The notes under the pieces are model-generated. The model saw only the letters and a list, made by a program, of their open reading frames with translations, was not told the DNA's origin and did no database searches. From NCBI RefSeq assembly GCF_006345805.1, contig NW_021832538.1, positions 48,151 through 112,150 of the forward strand: 64,000 bases of DNA. Direction: 5' to 3'. The position numbers were made by a program, and so were the translations under genes. Each line of letters begins with the position of its first letter. Position 1 is the first letter of the stretch. Of this stretch, positions 24,453-37,854 are shown in pieces. The DNA comes from Octopus sinensis (Eukaryota).

Positions 24453-24495
<43 letters not shown>

Positions 24496-24650
24496 CGATG
24501 AGCTTCTTTCAGTTTCCATCTACCAAATCCACTCACAAGGCTTTGGTCGGCCCGAGGCTATATAGTAGAAGGTGTCACGTTCTGGGACTGAACCCGGAAC
24601 CATATGGTTGGTAAGCAAGCTTCTTACTACACAGCCACCCCTGCACCTAT
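24269..24650 (-). mobile_element. SINE family B
   Basis: Family B body with tail. Confidence 0.9.
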
Positions 24651-24934
24651 ACTGAAGGTTAATTTCATAAAGTTTAGCTTTAGTAGGTTTACAGAGCCCA
24701 AAACTTAGAATTTGATGGCTGGAAGAAGTTAGGTGGTTTGACTTATTCAAAGAGGAAAATGGTTGATATTCAATATTTCTATTAGGGCAAGCTAGTCACA
24801 GGGTTGAGTATTGCACATATAAATCAAAGGCACGTAGCCTCGTACATTTATTTAGACACACACACACACACACAGATGTATATGGACACAGCACAAACGT
24901 ACATACATGCTGACACCTGTGAAAATTTCCCCAC

Positions 24935-25130
24935 ATGTAGGAACACCTGTGCAGGTTGTTAATCAAGAAATTGCGAAACCCTAATCTGTTATCTACGACA
25001 GGAGAGTTCGCAATTACTTATAACAGACACACTTTATGTGTGGTCGTTGGTCATCCTAGAAATAGCAACCAAATTTCCTCATATAAGACACTATCGTTGA
25101 ATTATGTAATCATAGATATAAACATATGTT
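24935..25130 (+). mobile_element. Family H internal fragment
   Basis: GCAGGTTGTTAATCAAGAAATTG...TCTACGACAGGAGA...CATCCTAGAAATAGCAACCAAATTTCCTC. Confidence 0.55.
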
Positions 25131-25185
25131 TATGTGTACATAAAACAGTAAGTATGCAAAACCAGTAAGTATGCGTATACGTTTC

Positions 25186-25418
25186 TTATTTCTTTATTGC
25201 CGACAAGGGGCTAAACACAGAGAGGACAAACAAGGACAGACAAACGGATTAAGTCGATTACATTGACCCCAGTGCGTAACTGGTACTTAATTTATCGAGT
25301 CCGAACGGATGAAAGGTAAAGTCAACCTCGGCGGAATTTGAACTCAGAACGTAGCGGCAGACGAAATACCGCTGAGCATTTCGCCCGGCATGCTAACGTT
25401 TCTGCCAGCGGGCCGCCT
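25186..25418 (-). mobile_element. SINE family A with TSD
   Basis: Flanked on both sides by GCGTATACGTT. Confidence 0.9.
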
Positions 25419-26019
25419 TAAGCGTATACGTTCTTATAACACGCACGTACAAACACAGTCACAGAGTTTAGTATAGATGTATTTATATATCTTAATAGAT
25501 TTCCTTTAATAGTCTTATTAATAAGTCCTACAGTTGTTCCTGTGCCTTGTTTATATATACTGTGAATCGTTACCTGTAATAATCTGTCATGTGTCATTCA
25601 TCGTTAAATCACATGTACAGATGTACGTACTTTTATAAAAAAGAAGAGAAAATACTGCTCTAACTATCGCCGTAAACCTACGTCCGCTGTCTCTTTGGTT
25701 TTGATCTTTCAGTTTTGATGATTCACCCCCGTCCCTTGCTCTCCCTCTCTTTCTCTGTATGAACATGTATGTGCGAGTGTATATATAACACACACACACA
25801 ACACGTATAGAGGAAAGAATTGAGAAAGGGAGAGTGGGTGGGGAGATAAGTAGACATAAGCATAAGCAGGCTGATAGTCACAGAGAATGATAGACAGAAG
25901 ATAGATATCTGTTATGTATGCACGAGATGCCGACCTTCTCTGGAGAAAGTTAAGATTTGGCAGCCATTAAAACACTCGGATATTGTACACAAAATTATAC
26001 ACAAACACGCGCACGTATA

Positions 26020-26036
26020 AATGCCATATATATATA

Positions 26037-26090
<54 letters not shown>

Positions 26091-26249
26091 GTGTGTGTAC
26101 GTATATATATATATATATATATTATATATTATATATATATATATATATATAAACACACACATATATTATATGAAACAATCATTAGAACATTTGTCTTTTT
26201 ATATTTTGTTTCGACTACAATACGAATCATCGGAGGATATATCTCACAT

Positions 26250-26298
<49 letters not shown>

Positions 26299-26441
26299 CA
26301 CTACTACTACTACTACCACTACTACTACTACCACTACTGCTACTGCTGCTGCTGCTACTACAACTACTGCTGTTGTCGATATTACTGTTATTATTACTAT
26401 TATTAGATACAATATTGTTATGGAAGACAGGTCTCTAAGGA

Positions 26442-26479
<38 letters not shown>

Positions 26480-26480
26480 G
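26020..26480. repeat. (AT)n, (TAC)n and (GT)n microsatellite cluster
   Basis: Direct reading. Confidence 0.9.
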
Positions 26481-26624
26481 CGTGTGCGTGTATGTGTGTA
26501 TTATATTTCAAATGATGATGTGAGCGTGTTTAGTCGCATGTTGTGTCAGTTTGTGTTTTTGTGATGAGAATGTATATAGTATGAAGAATTCTGTTGTTTT
26601 TTTTTTTTATCCGATCATCATTTG

Positions 26625-26656
<32 letters not shown>

Positions 26657-26685
26657 GAATTATGAATCTTAGCATAAACATGACT

Positions 26686-26687
<2 letters not shown>

Positions 26688-26727
<40 letters not shown>

Positions 26728-26747
26728 TAATAATAATAATAATGATG

Positions 26748-26796
<49 letters not shown>

Positions 26797-26800
26797 TGAT
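26688..26800. repeat. (AAT)n microsatellite
   Basis: Direct reading. Confidence 0.95.
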
Positions 26801-27188
26801 GATCTTAGAATACGATAAAGAAATGTGTTCTTGACTGCTGTTAATCAAAAAACATTAAGAGGTTTAAAAAAATGAAAAAACCAAAATGACAAAAAAGTAA
26901 AATTTATATAAAGAAAAGAAAAAAAGAAGAAAAAAAAAATGTAAAAAAAAAAACGAAAGGAATTATGAAATCAAAAGATTTCTCCTCAACAACAAGACGG
27001 AAAAAAATATTAAAAATCTCTCGTGATGTACAATCGCTATTTTTTTTGTTATTTCTCTGTTGGCATATATATTATATATATATATATATATAATTATATT
27101 ATACTCACACCACACACACACTGTAACTAATAAAAGAAAGATATATATTATGTGTATATGTATCTCATGTATATATTATGTATGTATA

Positions 27189-27222
<34 letters not shown>

Positions 27223-27948
27223 TTGTATATCATTATTTTTATCAACCGGGAGAAAATGTACTCAACTCAAGCTGTAGAGTATCAGTAATTTAATTGGCTG
27301 AATCCGTTATCCGTTACTCATAAATTTACTCCATGACTTTCCCTGTATATCGGTGTCTTGAATGAACATCCACGGCGGGACAAAAACAGTAACAATAGAA
27401 TCCATCTGTATTGTATTTGTTTCATCGTGGCTGCCATGTGAAGAACCGTGTATGCGCAGAATCTAAAGAATAACAGCTCAAAAATTCAGCCAGTGAAATT
27501 ATATGACGGTGGTTGAATCGTACGTACGTACGTACATACATACATACATACATACATACATACACATACATACATACATATAAACAAACAAACAAACAAA
27601 GAAACTGGAAGTTATTGGTAAAAATATTTTAAGCATCGGGTTATAATCATTCGCTGCCACCACCGATACAGGAAAACTTGTGTTTTCTTGAAGAATTATT
27701 TCAACAAAATATTTTCTCTATTGGGTTTTTTTTCTTAAATCCTTTTTATTTTCCATTTTGCTGATAAATTTACTTTTCACTCTCCCTTATTTTCTCCTTG
27801 TTTATTTTGAAATACCCAAAATGATTGTTCCACTTGTATTGGGTAAATAGTTATAGCCATTGTTACCAACCACCTCATTCCTAACACCATCAACATCACT
27901 GTCATCGTTTCTCTTTTCTTTCTCTGTCTCTCATCTACCATCTTCATT

Positions 27949-27984
<36 letters not shown>

Positions 27985-27990
27985 CATACA

Positions 27991-28214
27991 CGGCGAGCTG
28001 GCAGAAACGTTAGCACGCCGGGCGAAATGCGTAGCCGTATTTCATCTGCCGCTACTTTCTGAGTTCAAATTCTGCCGAGGTCGACTTTGCCTTTCATCCT
28101 TTCGGGGTCGATAAATAAAGTACCAGTTACGCACTGGGGACGGTGTAATCGACTTAATCCGTTTGTCTGTCCTTGTTTGTCCCCTCTGTGTTTAGCCCCT
28201 TGTGGGTAGTAAAG

Positions 28215-28218
<4 letters not shown>
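27991..28218 (+). mobile_element. SINE family A
   Basis: Full-length, inserted in an (AT)n tract. Confidence 0.9.
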
Positions 28219-28256
<38 letters not shown>

Positions 28257-28533
28257 ACACATGCATATTTACTTACATGCATGTTTGTGTGTGTGTGTCT
28301 GCGTGCATATTGTTAATTGGTTGCAAAATTGCAAAAAAAGAAAAAAACAGGAAAAAGCATCCGTGTTATTTTGTTCCGTCCTTGTTAAATCTCTTCACAG
28401 CCCAAACCGGCTTTGACGTTCTACCTTTAAATACCGAAGCAGAATAATCGACTATACTCCAGTGTGGCTGCAGGCCAGTAGCTGAAACCAATAGAAGACA
28501 GTAAAAGCAGCAGCGTTTGTGACACTGGTAGTG

Positions 28534-28571
<38 letters not shown>

Positions 28572-28709
28572 GTGGTAATGGTGGAGGTTTTATTTGATTT
28601 CCCTCCCGAGGCAGGGGAGGGCCTTTCGTTTCTTGTGACCAATGTGGTGGTGGTCAGCTGTAAAAAAAAATAAAACATTTAAAAAAATTAATGAAGCTGA
28701 TTAATAAAC

Positions 28710-28959
28710 GATTTACAATATATATGTGTGTGTGTATATATATATATGTATATATATATGCATGTATATATATGCATGTATATATATATGCATGTATATA
28801 TATATGCATGTATATATGTACGTATATATGTATGTATATATGTATATATATTTGTGTGTATATATGTGTTCGTGTAAATATATGTATGTGTATGAATATA
28901 TATGTATGTATTTGTATAATATATACATATACATATATATATACATATATATATATATT

Positions 28960-29028
<69 letters not shown>

Positions 29029-29050
29029 ATAATATATATATATATATATT
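28710..29050. repeat. Degenerate (AT)n/(ATGT)n microsatellite
   Basis: Direct reading. Confidence 0.9.
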
Positions 29051-29537
29051 GTTAAACATTGAACAGATTGACAATTTTCAACAACAATGGTAGTCTACCA
29101 TATTAAAAATGCGATAAACCTCTTTAATCTGTGATGCTGACAAAAACCTACTCTACTAATCAACACCCACACACATCAGCATATTACAATAAATAAAAAA
29201 ACTACAACTGTATGTTTTCATTGTAAATATGTAAATGTCGCAGTTCAAACCTCAATTATTTTTCGTCCGTCTTCTTTATTTCATCTCATTTGAAATGAGT
29301 GGATTGAGGGTAGATTGTTCTACCCGTATTTCCATCTCATCTACAGTGGCTCCGTAATGTCTGATTTGCTTATTTTTTTCAGCCAAGTTATGCTGGAATC
29401 GTTAGATTGTCGAACAAAATAATGCACTGTGGTGTGCAGTCTGGCCCTATAAGCTCTGTGTTTGAAATCCCGCTGAGGAAAATGTTCCCGGGTGGGTTAA
29501 TCGACTTGGCACGTGACGTCTCTTCCAGATTTCTTAA

Positions 29538-30098
29538 CCCTTCGAAGCCACTTGTGCGCTCGAGCAGACGCGATATCGTTTGCCCATATCTCTAGGAGGC
29601 GCAGAAGGAGGTGGCCGCTGGTTTTGCTTTTTAATGGCTGAATATAATAATGTTTCTGCCGATTAGCAAACTATATAATAAGCACAAAAACCATGTAGCT
29701 ACCGACTATTGCATCTTCCAGGGTTATATAAAAGTCAAGGAAGGCGGCGAGCTGGCAGAATGGTTAGCGCGCCGGGCGAAATGCTTAGCGGTATTTCGTC
29801 TGCCGTTACGTTCCGAGTTCAAATTCCGCCGAGGCCGACTTTGCCTTTGATCCTTTCGGGGTCGATAAATAAAGTACCAGTTACGCACCGGGGTCGATCT
29901 AATCGACTTAATCCGTTTGTCAGTCCTTGTTTGTCCCCTCTATGTTTAGCCTCTTGTGGGCAATAAAGAAATAGGAAACTGAAAGAAGCCTGTTGTGTGT
30001 GTGTGTGTTTGTGTTTGCATCTGTGGCAATAAAGAAATATATATATAAAAGTCAAGTGAAATTGCGTCCGCTAAAAGTGTACTCGCGGGTTCAAAGGG
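29538..30098. mobile_element. piggyBac-like MITE, old, interrupted by SINE A
   Basis: TTAA|CCCTTCGAAGCC...GGGTTCAAAGGG|TTAA; TIR 16/23 identical. Confidence 0.6.
29740..30041 (+). mobile_element. SINE A carrying a SINE B fragment, one TSD
   Basis: 15-bp TSD TATATAAAAGTCAAG at 29725-29739 and 30042-30056. Confidence 0.85.
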
Positions 30099-31267
30099 TT
30101 AAGGCAAGAGATTATATAGATTAGAAACCCGAACTTATCTTCTTCGTGCTGGTTAACTCTAACGCTCTGTAAAGGTATAACTCCCTCTGACCCCAGTATT
30201 TCTCTTTAAGGAAGAGCAACCTTGGGAAATTATTAGCTTTGAAGGGCGTTGCGTCCAGAAGATATACAAGTAGTTTTATCTCGAAGGAACAGATCATGTC
30301 TGTTCTGCCCAATCCCTTTTTTCCTCGGAGAGATTCTACCTGGAAATTCTTCTACATCTTCTTTAAACCAAAAATTGTACATAAAGAAAATCCAAAGTGA
30401 ATACTTACCTGTATTAAATACACCTGTTCCTACACTCTATTCAATGAGTGGGGTGATCTCATCGCCAATATTTCAATATATAAATGGATGTGAAATAATG
30501 AAATATAGATACAAAGAAGTGTGGTGGATAAAGAGAGAAATAGATGGATGAAATGTAAAACTCTGTGCTAACTTACCGTAGTATGCCAAGAGATTTTAAT
30601 TCAAATTACATCCGTGCTAGAAGAAAAAATATTCGTCTTGAAAGAATGGGGAATAATTGGCACATCTAATCTAAAGTGGACACTGCTCCTGTCGCTAATA
30701 GTTATAAAAGGGGAGTTTAAATTTTAAAAAGAAAGAATTGTAGTAGAGAAGCTCTGTGTTATTTGGAAAGCAGAATGACAACTCTAGGTGTGTTCCGGTC
30801 TTATTGAACCTCATCACCGAAGTCATAATCTAACCGTTACAACCAGTTATTAAGTTGACTAGAGATAAATAAATGAACATAAGCAATTAGATATCAAAAC
30901 ATTTGTATTTGATTTACAAACACGTCACGTTACAGCTTGGCAAGACTGCATAATAATTAGTTAGAGATCAAACAGGAATTATATGCATGTGTGAAGAGAA
31001 AGTAATTTCATAATGATGCCTCCAAGCTCTCTACGCATGTAGCCTGGCTCTTTCTTTTGAAGCTCTGATAAATGTGGATAGTGGGAGGTCAATCAGTCCT
31101 TGCTGACACTTGATACAAAACGTAATATCGATCGACTTCTCATTTGAAACATGTGTTATAAATAAATAAATATATAACTATATATACATACACACACACA
31201 TATACGTTATGTATGTATATATGTATGCTTGTGTATATATATATACGCAGACACACACACACGCACG

Positions 31268-31299
<32 letters not shown>

Positions 31300-32776
31300 C
31301 TAGCAGTATCGCCCGGCGTTGCTCGGGTTTGTAAGGGAAATAACTATATAAGCATGTTTAGAGAGTTATAGCCAAAAAGTAGGGAAAAAATGCATTAAAA
31401 ATGGAAAAAAAATTAATGTAAATTTCTTTTTAAATCGTTGACACATCGTAGATATTTTTAGAGAGTTACTTCCCTTATATAATAGCGAAAAAAATGCATT
31501 AAAATGGAAAAATATGATGGTAAATTTTTTAAATCGTAGACTCATCGTAGACGCGCGCTAATACCCAGAAGGGCTCGATATGACTCACGACTATAAGATA
31601 CCCGGTTTTGGTTACACTGCACCGCAAAATGTGGGAGTAGTTAGGAATCTAAATCGTAGGAGACAGACACACAACTTCACTCTTATATATAAATATAGTC
31701 ACGTAGTTATATGCACATACTTTGTTATATACACATTCTTAAAAAAAATGTTATTTTGAAACAACATTTATAAAGAATAAAATATTTTTGGTTTTTCTTA
31801 ACCTTTCGTTACTATATTTCTGACCAAAATACACCCCTTATGTGTTTCAATTAATTTCTAACGTAATCATAAATTTAGTCTGGTTTCATTAAACAACTAT
31901 AACTTTTTTATTTATGCATATATTAATCTGATTTTTGGAAGATAATTTAGTGAAATGTTCTCAACCAATTCTATACTATAATTTTTGTCACAAAGTGACT
32001 CTAATTGCAGGTAGATACAGGTAAATTTAACAATATATAAAAATTATTAAAATTTGTTCAAACATCGCTATAGAAAAGGGTTATTAGCTAATATTCAATT
32101 GGGTATACAAACAAAATTTTACGATAGAATTTGTTATTCTGGGTAACTTTCTGATACCCATAATAATATTTATGGCAAAATAGGCCTTAATTCATTAAGG
32201 TTGTGGGAAATAACAAACTATCCTTTCTTTCGTTTTGGTTACGTTTAGCGAAACGGTTCGTTTCTGCCGTAATGATTTTAAATAGGCTCATTCGAAAAAG
32301 TAAATAGAAATAGTTTAAGGCTTTACTCTTCTGGGAAAGAAGTCTGGGCTTGGTGCAGTTTCTTCAGAAAAATCACCGAAAGAAAACAGTTTTTAAATTT
32401 TCACTCCATTCAGGTACCAATTCATTTTCTTAATCGCTGTCGGATTCACTGTTTTCACTTTAATAGCTGCCAACTTGCAAAGACAAAGGAGGAGAAGGTG
32501 ATAGCGTGAGTGAAACAGTTCGCTCGTTTTGTGTGTGTGTGCGTTTGCGTGTGGTGTAAGCCACACTAAGAAAAACATTTGACATATACACCACAATGTG
32601 AGTTTTCTCTAAATTTTGCTTAATTGGGGTTGAAATTTTAAAAAGTGGACCTGGCACGACCCGATGCATTCTACTCTTAAAAATGCTAGGTAAATTGTAA
32701 TTGAAGAAATCCTATATTGTAGATTTCTATAAGATACAAAGGGAGGCAGATAAAATCTGCCTTTTATAATAAGAGA
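31300..32776 (-). mobile_element. Composite non-autonomous Helitron, copy 1
   Basis: F1 unit (31300 to about 31695) plus 1.08 kb ending in a second 5'-TC terminus; collinear with 44971-46448. Confidence 0.9.
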
Positions 32777-33239
32777 TATATATAATGTATAGACATAGAT
32801 AAAAAAAAAAAAAAGATAGAAACAGAGAGGAAGAGTAAATACTTCGATTAGTACTACCTCGTTTAGTACCGGTTCGCTATTGCACAAATGTGTGATGATA
32901 TGTTAAGCATCTGCTAGCAACATTCATGCATCCCACACACACCCATATTAGTCACCCTTCACAAGAGGAAAAAATCTGCTGCAACACTAAGAACTGATAA
33001 AAATGTATCCAAGTGTCGAAGAAAAGCTTCACATATTTGGGTACTGAGTAAGTCTTTCAACTGAGGCACACAAACAATTAGAATTATCGTTAAAAAAGTC
33101 CGGATTAAGAATAAGCTTCTGTCATGGCAATTCTGATATGACACGTTCGAAGAATAAATTTTTGTGGTTAGGTTAAGATATGTTTGCTTGACAGGTGGAC
33201 GACGAAATGCAGTGTAGCACATCATAAAGTCAACTTACC

Positions 33240-33645
33240 TGTTTCTTTACTACCCACAAGGGGTTAAACACAGGGAGGACAGACAAAAGGATTAAGTCGA
33301 TTACATCGACTCCAGTGCGTAACTGGTACTTAATTTATCGACCCCGAAAGGATGAAAGGCAAAGTCAACCTCGGCGGAATTTGAACTCACAACGTAGCAG
33401 CAGACGAAATACGTATTTCTTTATTACCCACAAGGGGCTAAACACAGAGCGGACAAACAAGGACAGACATAGGTATTAAGTCGATTACATCGACCCCAGT
33501 GCGTAACTGGTACTTAATTTATCGACCCCGAAAGGATGAAAGGCAAAGTCGACCTCGGCGGAATTTGAACTCAGAACGTAGCGGCAGACGATGTACGGCT
33601 ACGCATTTCGCCCGGCGTGCTAACGTTTCTGCCAGCTCGCCGCCT
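33240..33645 (-). mobile_element. SINE A head-to-tail dimer, second monomer 5'-truncated
   Basis: Two family A bodies joined at about 33412. Confidence 0.9.
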
Positions 33646-33849
33646 TCTCATAAAGTCAACTTTACCATAATGGAAAAAAACAAGTAGGATCTTCAGACAT
33701 TTGCACGAACGAAGAGATAATAATTAAAAAAACAGTCATCGTCAGCAAAATTTAATTAGATTCAAACCATGTTTATTAACGTCTTTGATGACGATTTCAA
33801 AACACATTTGACACGAATATTGGAGAGATTGTATTTCCTTTCTGATTAG

Positions 33850-34740
33850 AACTCTTACGAGTGATGGCTGCAAAGCTTTAAGATTGGTATATCCCGAGTT
33901 CGCCTCTCAGAAGTTTGATGTCTTGTGCCTGAATTCCTTACATCTCCAGAAATTACATTATTGCATTCATCCTAATGCTCTTGAAGGGATTTTTCGTAAT
34001 CAGCAAAGGCGATGTGAAGAGCTGGCTGATGCTCTTTCTGTCGATTTTGAAGCTGTCTTAGAGTAAATGTGTTCTATCTTGCTGTAGTTCTTCCGAGAAC
34101 CTGCAGTCGGTCCCAAAATAAATCATATCAGAAAAAAAAACATGCGATCCGAAAACGTACCTGAAGGCCAAGTAGTGGTAGTAGGAAGTGATGGAATTGT
34201 GGTGAAGAAGTTTGTCTACTTAGGACAGGCAACAAATATATGCGAAGACATGGACCCTAAAATCTTGTACGGAGCAGGAACAGGATGGAAATCATTTGCC
34301 TCAATTCAATATGTATTCAAAGCAAAGCTAGACAAGATCTTGAATACCAGTCTCTTCAATAGTACCGTCGAACTTGCGTTTTAATACACAAGTGAGACAC
34401 GTTCTACTGTGAAGAAAGAAAAGCACTGGCTACGATACAGAGTGGCATGGAAAGTTCCATACTAAGAACATTGTTGTAGGAGCATACTCAAAACGAACTA
34501 ATTGAGAATGGAGTGGCGTGAACGATGTGATCACAGAATACCGAAAGCACAAGTTTCGGTGGATCGCAAGACTTACTGGTTGCAGGTGAACCCATACGCA
34601 TCCAGACATCCAGATGACATAAACAAAAAAATAGGGCCCTCGTTCGTAACAACCAGAGGAAAACTACCAGCTCTGTCTGATTATAGAATGACAGAAAGGC
34701 CATCTTTTCATGGACTCTGCTGTATCTGTCCTTCATGCGA
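33850..34740 (+). mobile_element. RTE-clade LINE relic, heavily decayed
   Basis: KG..DALS..F.AVLE (QG-box remnant), KKFVYLGQ, GWKSFASI, YTSET, RHPD/TRGKLP remnants; many stops. Confidence 0.65.
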
Positions 34741-36633
34741 CAGCAGCGTGCATAACGTTTTCTCTGCATGCATATCGGACAATCCCGTCTAATGGTACTT
34801 ACGTACCTGTTGAGTTTGTTCGCAACCTGTTGTAACCTTCGGTAGCATTGCTGAGCCAAGATTTTTTATAAGTTATATATAATACTCCCCCATTTCGAAA
34901 ATCCTCCTGAACTGACGAACCAGTTTCACTGTTGACATCATCACGCTTTTCTACCTTCAGACAGTTGTATATTGCTAACATTGAACTTCTGCCAACCGCA
35001 CCCGGAGACATTCCTAATCACCTAGTGACCCCCCTCTTGTCTTCTCTTGACTCAAGATTGCAGCTCCGTCAAAGAGACAAACTGCATAACGAATGTACCT
35101 TACGAACTGGCTACCACACTCGCTCACCGTCCAAGAGCTCTGCATGAGACGCAGCTTCAATACACGCCTGCGCCTTGACAGTCACGGCATCCTGAGCTGG
35201 CCTCGGATGGGCGTTGTCAGCATATAGATTACCTAACTAGTGGAACGCTTTCCTTCCACAGGAAGCAGAAAAGTAGGTACCCCAATCCGGTAAGAAAGAT
35301 GAGCAGCGCATTAGGCTTAGAAAGGATGGCGCAAGATAGAGAAGAGGAGAGACTCACAAAGACATGAAGACGAGGTGAGTAAGAGACGAATGGGTAGTTG
35401 GGAAAGAAAGACCATGTGTGCAAGAGAGCTGGGAGTGGGGAGTGAAGGATGAGGTAAAACGGAAAGGCGAAAAGAAGACAGCGGCGTAGTTAGGAAAAGC
35501 AGAATTTCGAGTTGGTATGTGACTGGAATAAAGATTGGTACAAGACAGACAGCTGCGAAGAAGACAGAGTAGCGGATTGGATGCACTATGGTGCTGCTGG
35601 AGATAAGAAAAGATGTAGAGGTGTTTTGATGGATTTAAAAATAGCGAAATCGCGGCTTGAAAAAAAGAATTATATTAGTAAATAATTGATAAGACGATAA
35701 GTCAAAATGAGAATCAAATACTACAATAGAATAATGGAGCTTCTGGTTAAAATAATAACCAAAATAAATTGCAGTGATTTGACGGCAATGTGGATAAATA
35801 AAATAGATAATTAAGTATAGGTTATTGATGAGGGATAGGAAATAGTTGTTCATAGTAGAGGATAAAATAAGGGGCTGGGAATAACGTAAGAAATTGGGGG
35901 CAAGTAAAAAATGGTATAAATAAAATCCTACAATGAAATAATTTTATAGAAATAATGCGATAATGATAAAACAGTATTATGACGGAGATGTGAGGAAATT
36001 ACATTTAACATATAGAAACTACTGAAGTACGTGAAATATACTGAAGAAACGTGAAGAAAGTGTTTGCCACCTGGCTAAGATGCAGTCAACATTGAGAGAG
36101 TAGCACATGCTATTAAAGTGACATTGGGGTACAAATATATGAAGCCCAATATACCCATCATGACTACCCGTCTGATAAGGGTACACCAGGCACATGCATC
36201 ACGACCATATGTGCACTACATGGTGATCTCATATCAAGATAAACAGTGCACATGACCTTGCAGGTGGGGCCCAGTTAGAATTATCTTCAGGTCGAGTAGC
36301 CCATCTCGCTCAAAAGGCCCCTGATTAAGGGTTATTTAAGGATGTTGAACAAAGCACCGTGTTTCCAAAGAATTCCTCTCAACACATAGTTATGATGCTC
36401 CCCCACTACTTCTGCTCGTAATCAGAGATGCACGTATCATCAGCCACTAAGGGACATGCTCAACTGGTTATGGTCAAAAACAAATGACAAGCAAATCTGT
36501 ACTACTGAGCAGAATATTTGCTGTAGTCCATCTTTTATCCCAAGACAAAACGTATTTGATAACACTTCCAATCAGTTAAGATCAGAAGCCATGAGAGCCA
36601 GTGCTTGGTATTGCAACAAAGCATTCAACATTG

Positions 36634-37715
36634 ATTATTATTTGGTTTGACTCAGATTCGGTCTTATTCCTGTTAGGCTTTATGTGGATGCTTAGAACCC
36701 TCCTGATAATCCTTGCTCTCCCAGGGCATTCTATTCCAATTTCCTTCAGCCGCTTGTCTATATCTTTGCTTACTGTTCCCAACGCACCAGTTATTATAGG
36801 TACGACCTTTACAGTTCTCACACACCGGAGGCGCAATGGCCCAGTGGTTAGGGCAGCGGACTCGCGGTCATAGGATCGCGGTTTCGATTCCCAGACCGGG
36901 CGTTGTGAGTGTTTATTGAGCGAAAACACCTAAAAGCTCCACGAGGCTCGGAGGGGATGGTGGTGATCCCTGCTGTACTCTTTCACCACAACTTTCTCTC
37001 ACTCTACTTCCTGTTTCTGTTGTACCTGTATTTCAAGGGTCCGGCCTGTCACTCTCTGTGTCACGCTGAATATCCCGAGACTACGTTAAGGGTACGCGTG
37101 TCTGTGGAGTGCTCAGCCACTTACACGTTAATTTCACGAGCAGGCTGTTCCGTTGATTCGGATCAACCGGAACCCTCATCGTCGTAACCGACGGAGTGCT
37201 TTCATCCATCTCACACACCAAATTCTTCCTATTTCAAATGTTAAGGGATTGTATATTTTGTTTTTCGTCTTCTTTCTTTCGATCCTGGAATCAAACGGGC
37301 TTGATGGATCGATTTGTAAGCAAATTCGCTTTTCCTTATCTATAAATGCTTTGTCCGGTCTATTATTTTCTAACTTATTGTCCGTTTGAATAAGAAAGTT
37401 TCACAAAATCTTACATTTCTCCAACTCCAGTAATCTTTCCACTCGATGATGGTACCATGTGTTTCCAGTTTTAAATCCCCATTTCTAACAAAGTTTCCAG
37501 TGTAAAACTTTTACAACTTGGGTCATGCCTCCATTTCTTGTACTCTTCTTATGCCAACTTGGAGCATTCTTCTACGATGTGTGCCACTGACTCGTTCCAA
37601 GTTCCACAGGCTCTACATTTTTTAACACATTTCCTCCATATATATTTTTTCTTAAGTTGTTAGTTTTTATCGCTTGATCTTGGGCTGCTACAATTAGGTT
37701 CTCCGTGTCTTTAAT
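36634..37715 (-). mobile_element. R4/Dong-like RLE-type non-LTR retrotransposon 3' fragment, decayed
   Basis: KDTENLIVAAQDQA, KCRACG...HIVEEC (CCHC), RHD, NRPD...QID..PFD, KVVPIITGALG...ARIIRRVL; (AAT)-like tail. Confidence 0.85.
36827..37208 (+). mobile_element. SINE family C nested in the R4-like LINE
   Basis: 11-bp TSD TCTCACACACC at 36816-36826 and 37209-37219; close match to 51198-51584. Confidence 0.92.
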
Positions 37716-37854
37716 AGAAGTCCTAAGTTTATTTGAATTTAGTGTCCGGGTGATATAAAAGTTAAGAAGGAAGTTTTAAAACTGGGAAACTTCAGTTTAT
37801 TTAATAATGGTGACCTTTTTCGACATTGTCACTGTATCTGTGTCCCACTGTATA

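Noticed and set aside
30577-30616. 40-nt minus-strand segment with strong acceptor and GTAAGT donor
   Set aside because: Stops in all three frames, and such sites are common by chance in AT-rich DNA; a non-coding exon cannot be excluded.
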